From assembly GCA_035550515.1 (NCBI GenBank), contig DASZOZ010000135.1, positions 9,355-73,354 on the forward strand: 64,000 bases of DNA, written 5' to 3'. Within the stretch, counting starts at the first letter, position 1, and every line of letters starts with the position of its first letter. The position numbers and the translations under genes are program-made. Source of the stretch: Stellaceae bacterium (GTDB lineage: Bacteria > Pseudomonadota > Alphaproteobacteria > ATCC43930 > CGMCC-115725). Below are positions 48,796 through 59,737 of this stretch, one piece after another. Under the pieces are notes generated by a model. That model was given only the letters and a program-made list of their open reading frames with translations. It did no database searches and had not been told where the DNA came from.

Positions 48796-49674
48796 ATGAG
48801 CGATAGCGGTTTTGTCGTGCTCGAGGACCGCGCGGTGCTGGCGATCGGCGGCCCCGACCGAACGGACTTCCTGCAAGGCCTGGTCTCGAACGACGTGACG
48901 CGGGTCGGCAGCGAACGCGCCGTGTACGCCGCGCTGCTGACCGCGCAGGGAAAATACCTGCACGACTTCATCCTCGCCGCGCGCGACGGAACGATCTGGC
49001 TCGACGCCGAAGCGGCGCGCCTCGCCGATCTGAAGCGGCGCCTCGCCATGTACCGGTTGCGCGCCAAGGTGACGCTCGACGAGCGCCCCGACCTGGCGGT
49101 GGCCGCGGTCTTCGACGGCCGGATGCTCGGCCTGCCGCGCGAGCCCGGTGCCACCCGCCTGCTCGACGGCGGCATCGCCTTCACCGACCCGCGGCTCGCC
49201 GCGCTCGGTGCCCGGGTCGTCCTGCCGCGCGGCGATATCCGGCCGGTGCTCGCCGCGGCCGGTGCACGCGAGGCCGATATCGCCGAATACGACCGGCGGC
49301 GCCTGGCGCTCGGCATCCCCGACGGCAGTCGCGACCTGGTGCTCGACAAGACCATCCTGCTCGAAGCCGGGTTCGACGAACTGAACGGCGTCGACTGGAA
49401 CAAGGGCTGCTATATCGGCCAGGAACTCACCGCCCGCACCAAGTATCGCGGGCTCATCAAGCGGCGGCTGTTTCCGGTGCGGATCGACGGGCCGGCGCCG
49501 GAACCCGGCGCGCTGGTGCTGCAAGACGGGCATGAGGCCGGCGAGATGCGGTCGAGCCGCGACGGCCTGGGGCTGGCGGTGTTGCGGCTGGAGGCGATCG
49601 GCAAGGGCGGCCTGACCGCCGGAGATGCCGCGATCCAGCCGATGACGCCGGAGTGGATGCGCCTGCCGGCGTGA
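48796..49674 (+). CDS. ygfZ: YgfZ/CAF17 folate-binding Fe-S cluster repair protein
   Basis: VLAIGGPDRTDFLQGLVSNDV...LLTAQGKYLHDF...KGCYIGQELTARTKYRG is the YgfZ signature. Confidence 0.8.
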   Translation: MSDSGFVVLEDRAVLAIGGPDRTDFLQGLVSNDVTRVGSERAVYAALLTAQGKYLHDFILAARDGTIWLDAEAARLADLKRRLAMYRLRAKVTLDERPDLAVAAVFDGRMLGLPREPGATRLLDGGIAFTDPRLAALGARVVLPRGDIRPVLAAAGAREADIAEYDRRRLALGIPDGSRDLVLDKTILLEAGFDELNGVDWNKGCYIGQELTARTKYRGLIKRRLFPVRIDGPAPEPGALVLQDGHEAGEMRSSRDGLGLAVLRLEAIGKGGLTAGDAAIQPMTPEWMRLPA

Positions 49675-49703
49675 CCCGAAACCGGTGCGTCGCTCGAAAT
49701 TAC

Positions 49704-49834
49704 CCGTGTCATTCCAGGGCATCGCGCATGAACACGGCCCTCCAAAAGCCCGTTCCAACGCCGGCGACACCTTGGATGAGCCCGTGTTCATGGGTTCCGG
49801 GTTCGGCCCTGCGGACCGCCCCGGAATGACACGG
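49704..49834. repeat. Nested inverted repeat, family B (gtcattccgggg type), between the convergent ygfZ and ppdK
   Basis: The outer arm ccgtgtcattccaggg (49704..49719) pairs with ccccggaatgacacgg (49819..49834) with one mismatch. The inner arm catgaacacgg (49727..49737) pairs with ccgtgttcatg (49782..49792). Confidence 0.75.
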
Positions 49835-49872
49835 TACGCACGATGGTCACGCCGCCCGGCGGCGGGCTAGGG

Positions 49873-52554
<2,682 letters not shown>

Positions 52555-52574
52555 GTCGGGATCATCCTCTGGGG

Positions 52575-52605
52575 ATGGCCGGGTCAAGCCCGGCCATGAC
52601 GATGA
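52575..52605. repeat. Family A repeat core copy
   Basis: atggccgggtcaagcccggccatgacgatga. Confidence 0.7.
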
Positions 52606-52627
52606 AGCTGCTGTATGTGTCTGAGCA

Positions 52628-54757
52628 CTAGCCCTCGATCTGGGAGAAATCGGCGATCTGGTTCATCGTGTTGCGAATGCGCGTCAGCAGCCGCAGCCGG
52701 TTCACGCGCAGTTCCTTTTCTTCAGTATTAACAGTCACTTTCTCAAAAAATTCATCAACCGGCTTGCGCAGGCGGGCGAGCACGGCCAGCGAGACGTCGA
52801 ATTTCTCGTCGGCCAGCGCTGCGCCGACACCGTCGCCGACTTCCATAAGCCGGCCGGCGAGAGCCGCTTCCTCGGCATCCCGCAGCAGGTCGGGAGCAAA
52901 TTCCTGGCCGTAGTGGACATTATCGCGCCGCTCTTCGATCGACACGATATTGGCGGCGCGGCGATACGCCGTCAGCAGGTTCCCGCCGTCATCCGTCGCG
53001 AGAAAATTCTTCAGCGCGGCGACTTTGGACAAAAGACGGACAAGGTCGGACTCACGCCCCGTCGCGCCGACCTGCTCGAAGGCGGCGGCTATCAGGTCGT
53101 GACGAACCCCCTGCTCGCGCAGATGGACTTTCAGGCGGTCGGCGACAAACGCCAGCAGTTCGCCGCAAACGGCCTGGGCTGTTGGTCTTTCCAGCCCCAG
53201 ACCGATCGTCCCGAACACAAAGGCGTCCATCAGCGACAGCCGAAGACGGTTTTCCAGGATGACGCGGATCACCCCCTGAGCGGCGCGACGCAGCGCAAAG
53301 GGATCGCCGGAACCCGTCGGCTTCTCTCCGGCGGAGAAGAACGCGACGAGCGCATCGATCTTGTCCGCGAGGGTGACCGCCATGCTTTCGGGTGCGGACG
53401 GGCAGGTGTCGTTCGGGCCGAGCGGCTTGTAATGGTCGGCGATGGCATCGGCGACGCGGGCGTCTTCGCCGTCGTTGAGCGCGTCGTAGCGGCCCATCAC
53501 GCCTTGCAGCTCGGGGAACTCGCCGACCATGCCGGTCGAGAGATCGGCCTTCGCCAGCCGTGCGGCGCGGATACAGCGGTCGCGAAAATCGTCAACGGCC
53601 TGCGCCGGGGCAACGCGTTGGGGAGCGAGTTGCTCGGCAAGGTATCCGGCGAGCTTCTCCATCCGCTCGACCTTGTCGTACACGCTGCCGAGCTTCTCGT
53701 GATAGACGCGCTGCCTGAGCGCGTCGACCCGGTCTTCCAGGCGGATCTTGCGGTCCTGGTCCCAGAAGAAGCGGGCGTCCGAGAGGCGGGCGCGCAGCAC
53801 CCGCTCGTTGCCGGCGGCGATGGTCTTGCCGCCGTCCGGCGTCACATTGTTGGCGACGAACAGGAAACGCGGCGCCGGAGCCGTCTCCGCGTTAAGGCAG
53901 GAGAAGTATTTCTGGTGGGTGCGCATCGCGGTCGCCAGCACCTCGGGCGGCAAGCCGTCGGGCAGCGGGCGCACGAAATCGGCGTCGATCGAACCGATCA
54001 GCACGACCGGGTATTCGACCAGCCCGGTCACTTCCTCGAGCAAGCTTTCATCCGGCTTGACCGTCAGCCCCTCCGCCGCTGCGAGCCTGGCGAGGTCGCG
54101 CTCGATGACGGCGCGGCGCGCGGCCCGGTCGAGCACGACATGCGCCTTCGCTAGTCGGGCGCGGTAATCGCCGGCATCGGCGACCTCGATCGGCTCGGGC
54201 GCCAGGAAGCGGTGCCCGCGCGTCGTCCGGCTGACCGGCACCGCGCCGAGCGGCAGGGCCAGCACCGCGCCGTCGAACAGGCAGACGACCGAATTGAGCG
54301 GCCGCACCCAGCGCAGCCCGGATGCCGGGTAGCGCATCGATTTCGGCCAGGACAGCGCGGTCATCGCCGCGTGCAGTAGCTCCGGCAGCACCTCGGCAGT
54401 CGCGCGGCCGGCTCGTTTCAGGACCGCGAAATAGAACTCGCCGCGATCGGTGGCGCGCCGCTCGCCCTGGTCGATCGAGTGCAGCCCGGCGGCGCGCAGG
54501 AACCCGTCGAGCGCCTGTTGCGGCGCCCCGACGCGCGGGCCACGCCGCTCCTCCGCGCGATCGGGTTGGCGCGCCGGAATACCGTCGGCGATCACCACCA
54601 GCCGGCGGGGCGTCACATGCCCCTCGATCGTCGCCGCCGGGATATCCGCGGCCGCGAGCCGGTCGCGCACCAGGCCGACCAGCTCCTCGATCGCCCGCCG
54701 CTGCATCCGCGCCGGGATTTCCTCGGACAGCAGTTCGAGCAGGAGTTCGCTGGTCAC
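52628..54757 (-). CDS. glyS: Glycine--tRNA ligase beta subunit
   Basis: V-TSELLLELLSEEIPARMQ is the canonical GlyS N-terminus. GTG at 54757. The 29 upstream in-frame codons are the translation of a repeat. Confidence 0.9.
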   Translation of the reverse strand: MTSELLLELLSEEIPARMQRRAIEELVGLVRDRLAAADIPAATIEGHVTPRRLVVIADGIPARQPDRAEERRGPRVGAPQQALDGFLRAAGLHSIDQGERRATDRGEFYFAVLKRAGRATAEVLPELLHAAMTALSWPKSMRYPASGLRWVRPLNSVVCLFDGAVLALPLGAVPVSRTTRGHRFLAPEPIEVADAGDYRARLAKAHVVLDRAARRAVIERDLARLAAAEGLTVKPDESLLEEVTGLVEYPVVLIGSIDADFVRPLPDGLPPEVLATAMRTHQKYFSCLNAETAPAPRFLFVANNVTPDGGKTIAAGNERVLRARLSDARFFWDQDRKIRLEDRVDALRQRVYHEKLGSVYDKVERMEKLAGYLAEQLAPQRVAPAQAVDDFRDRCIRAARLAKADLSTGMVGEFPELQGVMGRYDALNDGEDARVADAIADHYKPLGPNDTCPSAPESMAVTLADKIDALVAFFSAGEKPTGSGDPFALRRAAQGVIRVILENRLRLSLMDAFVFGTIGLGLERPTAQAVCGELLAFVADRLKVHLREQGVRHDLIAAAFEQVGATGRESDLVRLLSKVAALKNFLATDDGGNLLTAYRRAANIVSIEERRDNVHYGQEFAPDLLRDAEEAALAGRLMEVGDGVGAALADEKFDVSLAVLARLRKPVDEFFEKVTVNTEEKELRVNRLRLLTRIRNTMNQIADFSQIEG

Positions 54758-54788
54758 GGTGCATGCCTCGGCGATTTTAATCGGCCCC

Positions 54789-54912
54789 TTGGCCGGGCTT
54801 GACCCGGCCATCCAAATCTCCTTGGCCGGGCTCGACCCGGCCATCCACGTCTTCCCGTCCGCATCCGGTCACCTGCCGACAAAGACGTGGATGCCCGGAT
54901 CAAGTCCGGGCA
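54789..54912. repeat. Composite family A repeat (two half-sites plus ccacgtctt/aagacgtgg arms) between glyQ and glyS
   Basis: ttggccgggcttgacccggccatcca...ttggccgggctcgacccggccatccacgtcttc...aaagacgtggatgcccggatcaagtccgggca. Confidence 0.75.
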
Positions 54913-54938
54913 AGGCGGCAGAGGCACCGCAGGGACCA

Positions 54939-55838
54939 TCACCCCGCCTCCGCCAGCCAGGCCTCGCAGCAGGCGCGGGCGAGCGCGCGGACGCGGCCGA
55001 TATAGGCGGCGCGCTCGGTAACGCTGATCACGCCGCGCGCGTCGAGCAGGTTGAAGATATGGCTCGATTTGAGGCACTGGTCATAGGCCGGCAGCGGCAG
55101 CGGCGGGCTGTTCTCGGCGCCCTTGCCGAGCAGCGCGTTGCATTCGTTCTCGGCGTCGACGAAGTGCCGGAACAGCATTTCGGTGTTGGCGCGTTCGAAA
55201 TTATAGGCGGAGAACTCGCGCTCGGCGCGCAGGAAGACGTCGCCGTAGCTGATCCGGCCGGCCCCCTCCAGCCCGTTGAAATTGAGGTCGTAGACGCGCT
55301 CGACGCCCTGCACGTACATCGCCAGGCGTTCGAGCCCGTAGGTCAGCTCGGTCGAGACCGGATCGCATTCGATGCCGCCGACCTGCTGGAAATAGGTGAA
55401 CTGGCTGACCTCCATGCCGTCGAGCCAGACCTCCCAGCCAAGCCCCCAGGCACCCAGGGTCGGGCTCTCCCAATCGTCCTCGACAAAGCGGATGTCGTGG
55501 CGCGACGCATCGATGCCGATCGCCGCGAGGCTGTCGAGATAAAGAAGCTGGCTGTCGGCGGGCGACGGCTTCAGGATCACCTGGAGCTGGTAGTAGTGCT
55601 GCAGCCGGTTGGGGTTGTCGCCATAGCGGCCGTCGGTCGGCCGGCGCGACGGCTGCACATAGGCCGCCTTCCACGGCCGCGGGCCGAGCGCGCGTAGCGC
55701 GGTCGCCGGGTGAAAGGTCCCCGCCCCCACCTCCATGTCGAGCGGCTGCAGGATCACGCAGCCCTGCGCCGCCCAGTAGCGCTGCAATTCGAGGATCAGC
55801 CCCTGAAAGCCCTTGGGATTGCCCGCCACCGCCATCAT
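54939..55838 (-). CDS. glyQ: Glycine--tRNA ligase alpha subunit
   Basis: [36 protein letters not shown]...[25 protein letters not shown] is canonical GlyQ. Confidence 0.95.
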   Translation of the reverse strand: MMAVAGNPKGFQGLILELQRYWAAQGCVILQPLDMEVGAGTFHPATALRALGPRPWKAAYVQPSRRPTDGRYGDNPNRLQHYYQLQVILKPSPADSQLLYLDSLAAIGIDASRHDIRFVEDDWESPTLGAWGLGWEVWLDGMEVSQFTYFQQVGGIECDPVSTELTYGLERLAMYVQGVERVYDLNFNGLEGAGRISYGDVFLRAEREFSAYNFERANTEMLFRHFVDAENECNALLGKGAENSPPLPLPAYDQCLKSSHIFNLLDARGVISVTERAAYIGRVRALARACCEAWLAEAG

Positions 55839-55848
55839 CCGCTTCCGG

Positions 55849-56088
55849 TCAGCGCGGCTGCGGGCAGCCGGCGCGCCCGCAATGCCGCGCGCTGCTCGCG
55901 ATATAGGCGCCGCAGCTTTTGCAGGCCACCAGGTCCTCGGCCTCGATCAGCGGCCGCGGGCCCGCGCCCGCCGGCGGCGGACGGTGCGGCGGAGTGGGCG
56001 TCTGCAGCCGGTTGAACGCCTTCACGACATGCCACGCGGCGAAAACCACGATGAGGATGACAAACAGTTCGGGGATACCGGCGAACAT
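55849..56088 (-). CDS. Small membrane-anchored Cys-motif protein (79 aa)
   Basis: N-terminal TM segment ([15 protein letters not shown]), a Pro-rich linker, then CKSCGAYI...HCGRAGC. It lies 10 nt upstream of glyQ. No family recognised. Confidence 0.45.
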   Translation of the reverse strand: MFAGIPELFVILIVVFAAWHVVKAFNRLQTPTPPHRPPPAGAGPRPLIEAEDLVACKSCGAYIASSARHCGRAGCPQPR

Positions 56089-56189
56089 CGTCGTGGTTTA
56101 AGAGCCGCCGCGCGCAGGGTCAACAGAGCCGTCATCGGCTGGGACAAGTGCGGCACGCTTGATAGAGTACGCCTCGATAACTTCGACCG

Positions 56190-56537
56190 ATGGAGCCGGC
56201 TTTCTTGCTGAGACTCTTCCTCGCTTTTGCCGGCGTCACGTGCTGGCTCGGCGCGGCCCATGCGCAAACGGCGCAGAGCGGGGGTCCGATCATCCAAGGG
56301 AGCCCCGATGTCGTGGTCGGCGGCGCCACCGCGGCGCGCCGAGGCGACATGACGAAAAACGGCGCGCCCGTCATGCAAGGTTCACCCGACGTCTTCATCA
56401 ACGGCAAGCCGGCGGCAACCTCGGGCAACCAGACGGCTTGCGGCGGCGCGGTCATCGGCGGCTCGTCGAACGTGTTCGTCAACGGCAAGCCGCTCGCCCG
56501 CACCGGCGACGACACGCAAGGCTGCGCCCGCCCGTAG
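56190..56537 (+). CDS. Secreted PAAR-like repeat protein
   Basis: Signal peptide (LLRLFLAFAGVTCWLGAAHA-Q) followed by three PAAR-like units: QGSPDVVVGGATAARRGD, QGSPDVFINGKPAATSGN, GGSSNVFVNGKPLARTGD. Confidence 0.6.
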   Translation: MEPAFLLRLFLAFAGVTCWLGAAHAQTAQSGGPIIQGSPDVVVGGATAARRGDMTKNGAPVMQGSPDVFINGKPAATSGNQTACGGAVIGGSSNVFVNGKPLARTGDDTQGCARP

Positions 56538-56541
56538 TTTT

Positions 56542-56660
56542 GATAACTCGTCATGGCCGGGGATAACTCGTCATGGCCGGGCGTGACCCGGCCATCTCCC
56601 GGGCTGCCGGCGAGATCGCCGGGTCAAGCCCGGCGATGACGAAACAACTGGTCGAACTCC
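56542..56660. repeat. Family A repeat copy with a 20-nt local duplication
   Basis: gataactcgtcatggccgg occurs twice (56542..56560 and 56562..56580). It is followed by gcgtgacccggccatctcccgggctgccggcgagatcgccgggtcaagcccggcgatgacgaaacaa, which closely matches the 44377 copy. Confidence 0.8.
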
Positions 56661-56663
56661 GAG

Positions 56664-57506
56664 CTAAAGGCCGAACCGCGCCCAAAGCAGCCGCGCCTCC
56701 AGCCAGTCCGCCAAATCCGCGGCCAGGCCGAGGCCCGCTTCCGCGACCCCGCGTTGCGGCCGGGAGAACAGCCAGCGCCGGCGGCGCTCGCCGGCAATCG
56801 GCACCAGCCGTACGCGGTCGCCGAACCGCGCGCGCATCACCGAGCGCAGATCGCCGATCCCGTCGATCAGCCCTTTCGCCAGCGCCGCCCGGCCGGTCAT
56901 CACCGCGCCGCTGAACAGCGTCTCGTCGGCGGGATCGATCTTCCCGGCGCGGCGGCGCTTGACGTGGTCCTTGAACGCGGTGTGGATGTCCTGCTGCAAT
57001 TCCGTCAACCGCTCGACATCGCGCTCCTGCTCGGGCAGGAACGGGTCGAGCAGCGACTTGTTCTCGCCCGCCGTGTGCAGCCGGCGCTCGATGCCGAGGC
57101 GGTCGATCAGCCGGGTAAACCCGAAACTGCTGCTGATGACGCCGATCGAACCGAGGATCGAGGTTTCTTCGGCCCATACCTCGTCACCGGCCAGCGCCAG
57201 CCAGTACCCGCCCGAGGCGGCGACATCCTCGGCAAAGGCGAACACCGGCAGCCGCTTCTCCTCGGCCAAGGCGCGGATGCGGCGATAGAGCAGCGACGAC
57301 TGCACCGGCGAGCCGCCCGGGGAGTTGACGATGATCGCGACCGCCACCGCACGCTTCATCGAAAAGGCGCGCTCGAGCGCCGCGGCCTGGCCGGCCAGCG
57401 AGATCGCGCCGCGCCACTGCCGGGCCGCGATCACCCCGTCAAGGCGCAGCACCGGCACAGCCGGCCGTTGCTGGATAAAGCGGTCGACGACATCGGAGAA
57501 GCTCAT
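56664..57506 (-). CDS. S49-family serine peptidase (SppA/SohB-like)
   Basis: AIIVNSPGGSPVQS...AEDVAASGGYWLA...GSIGV is the S49 ClpP/crotonase-fold signature. ATG at 57506. Confidence 0.8.
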   Translation of the reverse strand: MSFSDVVDRFIQQRPAVPVLRLDGVIAARQWRGAISLAGQAAALERAFSMKRAVAVAIIVNSPGGSPVQSSLLYRRIRALAEEKRLPVFAFAEDVAASGGYWLALAGDEVWAEETSILGSIGVISSSFGFTRLIDRLGIERRLHTAGENKSLLDPFLPEQERDVERLTELQQDIHTAFKDHVKRRRAGKIDPADETLFSGAVMTGRAALAKGLIDGIGDLRSVMRARFGDRVRLVPIAGERRRRWLFSRPQRGVAEAGLGLAADLADWLEARLLWARFGL

Positions 57507-57531
57507 GCAACACCAGATGGTGATGCCGGGG

Positions 57532-58287
57532 CTAGAACGCCAGCGGCTGGCCGCCGCGCAGCACCGCCTCGGCGGCTTCCGAGAAGCGGCCGTCGGCTTC
57601 ATGCAGCACCATGCCGACCGCGAGCCGCGCCGGCGAGGCGATCTGTTTGCGGGCCCGCACGATGATGCGGCTCGCCGGCCTCCCCTGCCCCGGCCACAAC
57701 GGAAACACCACGACCTCGCCGGCGCGACCGGCGATCTGGCCGAGCAGCGCGTCGATGCGGTCGGCGCGGTGGATAAAGGTCACCGTGCCCTTGGGCTTCG
57801 CCATGGTCAGCGCAAAGCGGATCCAGTCGCCGAGCGCGGCATCGCTCTCGACCGTCGCCTCGGCGCGCGCCGGGTTCGGCGTCTCGTTGGCGCGGGCGCG
57901 TTCGAGATAGGGCGGGTTGGCGATGACATGGTCGAACGCGCCGGCGCTGATCCGCGGCGGCGGGTTGAGCAGGTCGCCGACCATCACCGAGGCGCGGTTG
58001 CCCATGCCGTTCAGGATGATGTTGTCGCCGGCGATGCGCACCAGCTCGCGCTGGCGTTCGAGCCCCGCCACCCGGCATTGCGGCTCGCGCGCCGCGACGC
58101 AGAGCATCGCGGCCCCCGTGCCGCAGCCGATGTCGAGCACCAGCTGCCCCGGCTCGGCCGCTACCGCGGCCGCCAGGAACACCGCGTCGATCGAGACGCG
58201 CGCGCCGTCGACCGGCTGGCGCAGGCGGACACGGCCGCCGAGCAGGGCGTCTTCGCTGACCGGCAAGCCGTCGTCGGGCATCGTCAT
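57532..58287 (-). CDS. N6-adenine-type SAM-dependent methyltransferase (TrmN6/YfiC-like)
   Basis: SAM motif VLDIGCGTGAA and catalytic NPPY (VIANPPYLE). ATGA overlap with the upstream DUF2007 gene. Confidence 0.75.
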   Translation of the reverse strand: MTMPDDGLPVSEDALLGGRVRLRQPVDGARVSIDAVFLAAAVAAEPGQLVLDIGCGTGAAMLCVAAREPQCRVAGLERQRELVRIAGDNIILNGMGNRASVMVGDLLNPPPRISAGAFDHVIANPPYLERARANETPNPARAEATVESDAALGDWIRFALTMAKPKGTVTFIHRADRIDALLGQIAGRAGEVVVFPLWPGQGRPASRIIVRARKQIASPARLAVGMVLHEADGRFSEAAEAVLRGGQPLAF

Positions 58288-58493
58288 GGCTGCGCCTCCG
58301 CTTCGGTGATCAGCCGATGCGCCCGCCCGTGATCGCCCTCGTCGACCATCAGGCGGCGCTGGATCGCGCCGATGCTGCCTTCGACGAGGCTGGTGTGCTG
58401 GTCGAGCACCAGGCAGTCGATCCCGGCATCGGCCAGCAGGGCCTGTATCCAGGACAGCCGGACGAGGTCGTTGGTGCGCAGCAACTCCTTCAT
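58284..58493 (-). CDS. DUF2007-like small protein
   Basis: 69 aa. MKELLRTNDLVRLSWIQALLADAGIDCLVLDQHTS resembles the DUF2007 family. Confidence 0.55.
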   Translation of the reverse strand: MKELLRTNDLVRLSWIQALLADAGIDCLVLDQHTSLVEGSIGAIQRRLMVDEGDHGRAHRLITEAEAQP

Positions 58494-58657
58494 CGGCGGT
58501 CCGTTGGTTGGACGGTGCTTTGCGGTAATGGCCCCGGCACTTGACCGGGCACCCCGTCACTCTATGCTCGCTCGCGTTCGGGCGCGTCAAGCTCGTCCGC
58601 CGCGGGCAATCCGGCCGTTCAGCGGCCAGGAGGCGGAAACCCGATCGAGGAGTAATC

Positions 58658-59683
58658 GTGGCCCCTGCGCAGCCGAATATCGATCGCACGAGCGAGCGCC
58701 CCGCGGCCTCGCTCGACCCGCTGTTCCGGTTGATGTCGGCCGATCTGCAGCGGGTCAACACGCTGATCGTCGAGCGCATGCACAGCCCGATCGCGCTGAT
58801 CCCCCAACTGGCGGGCCATATCGTATCGGCCGGCGGCAAGCGGCTGCGGCCGTTGCTGACCCTGGCCTGCGCGCGGCTCTGCGGCTATCGCGACGGCGAG
58901 CGCCATATCGCCATCGCCGCGGTGGTCGAGTTCATCCACACCGCCACGCTGCTGCATGACGATGTCGTGGACGCCAGCGACTTGCGCCGCGGCCGCGACA
59001 CGGCGAACGCCGTCTGGGGCAACAAGCCGGCGGTGCTGGTGGGAGATTTCCTGTTCGCCCGCGCCTTCCAGCTGATGGTCGCGGACGGCTCCCTGAAAGT
59101 CCTCGACATCCTGTCCCGCGCCGCCTCGGTGATCGCCGAGGGCGAGGTGCACCAGCTGGTGACCGCGAACGACACGGCGACCTCGGAGGAAGCCTATCTC
59201 GCGGTCATCGAGGCGAAGACCGCGGCGCTGTTCGCCGCGGCCAGCCGGGTCGGCGCCGTGCTCGCCGACCGCCCGCACGACGAGGAGATGGCGCTGGAGC
59301 GCTTTGGCCAGAACCTCGGGATCGCCTACCAGTTGATCGACGACATGCTCGATTTCTCGGCGCGCGAGGCCGAGCTCGGCAAGGCGGTCGGCGACGATTT
59401 CCGCGACGGCAAGATCACCCTGCCGATCGTCATCGCCGTGGCCCGCGGCGACGTCGAGGAGCGCGGCTTCTGGCGCCGCACGCTGGAGGCCGGCGAGCAA
59501 GGCCCCGGCGATCTCGAGCGCGCGCAGCGCATCCTCGAGCGACGCGGCGCGCTCGCCGAGACGCTGGCCCGCGCCCGCGCCTATGCCGGCGCCGCCATCG
59601 ATGCGCTGTCGTGCTTTCCCGACAGCCCGCTGCGCCGGGCGCTGATCGAAGCCGCGGCGTTTGCGACGGAGCGCGGTTTCTAA
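58658..59683 (+). CDS. ispB: Polyprenyl (octaprenyl) diphosphate synthase
   Basis: First DDxxD motif LLHDDVVD and second motif YQLIDDMLD. GTG start after GAGGAG. Confidence 0.85.
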   Translation: MAPAQPNIDRTSERPAASLDPLFRLMSADLQRVNTLIVERMHSPIALIPQLAGHIVSAGGKRLRPLLTLACARLCGYRDGERHIAIAAVVEFIHTATLLHDDVVDASDLRRGRDTANAVWGNKPAVLVGDFLFARAFQLMVADGSLKVLDILSRAASVIAEGEVHQLVTANDTATSEEAYLAVIEAKTAALFAAASRVGAVLADRPHDEEMALERFGQNLGIAYQLIDDMLDFSAREAELGKAVGDDFRDGKITLPIVIAVARGDVEERGFWRRTLEAGEQGPGDLERAQRILERRGALAETLARARAYAGAAIDALSCFPDSPLRRALIEAAAFATERGF

Positions 59684-59737
59684 AAAAACTGCTACAATCT
59701 CCCACATTATGCGCGGGATTGGATCGTTGGCGTTCCG

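Noticed and set aside
54758-54844. N-terminal extension of glyS (MAGSSPAKEIWMAGSSPAKGPIKIAEACT)
   Set aside because: These codons are the translation of two family A repeat half-sites. The canonical GlyS N-terminus (TSELLLELLSEEIPARMQ) begins at the in-frame GTG 54757.
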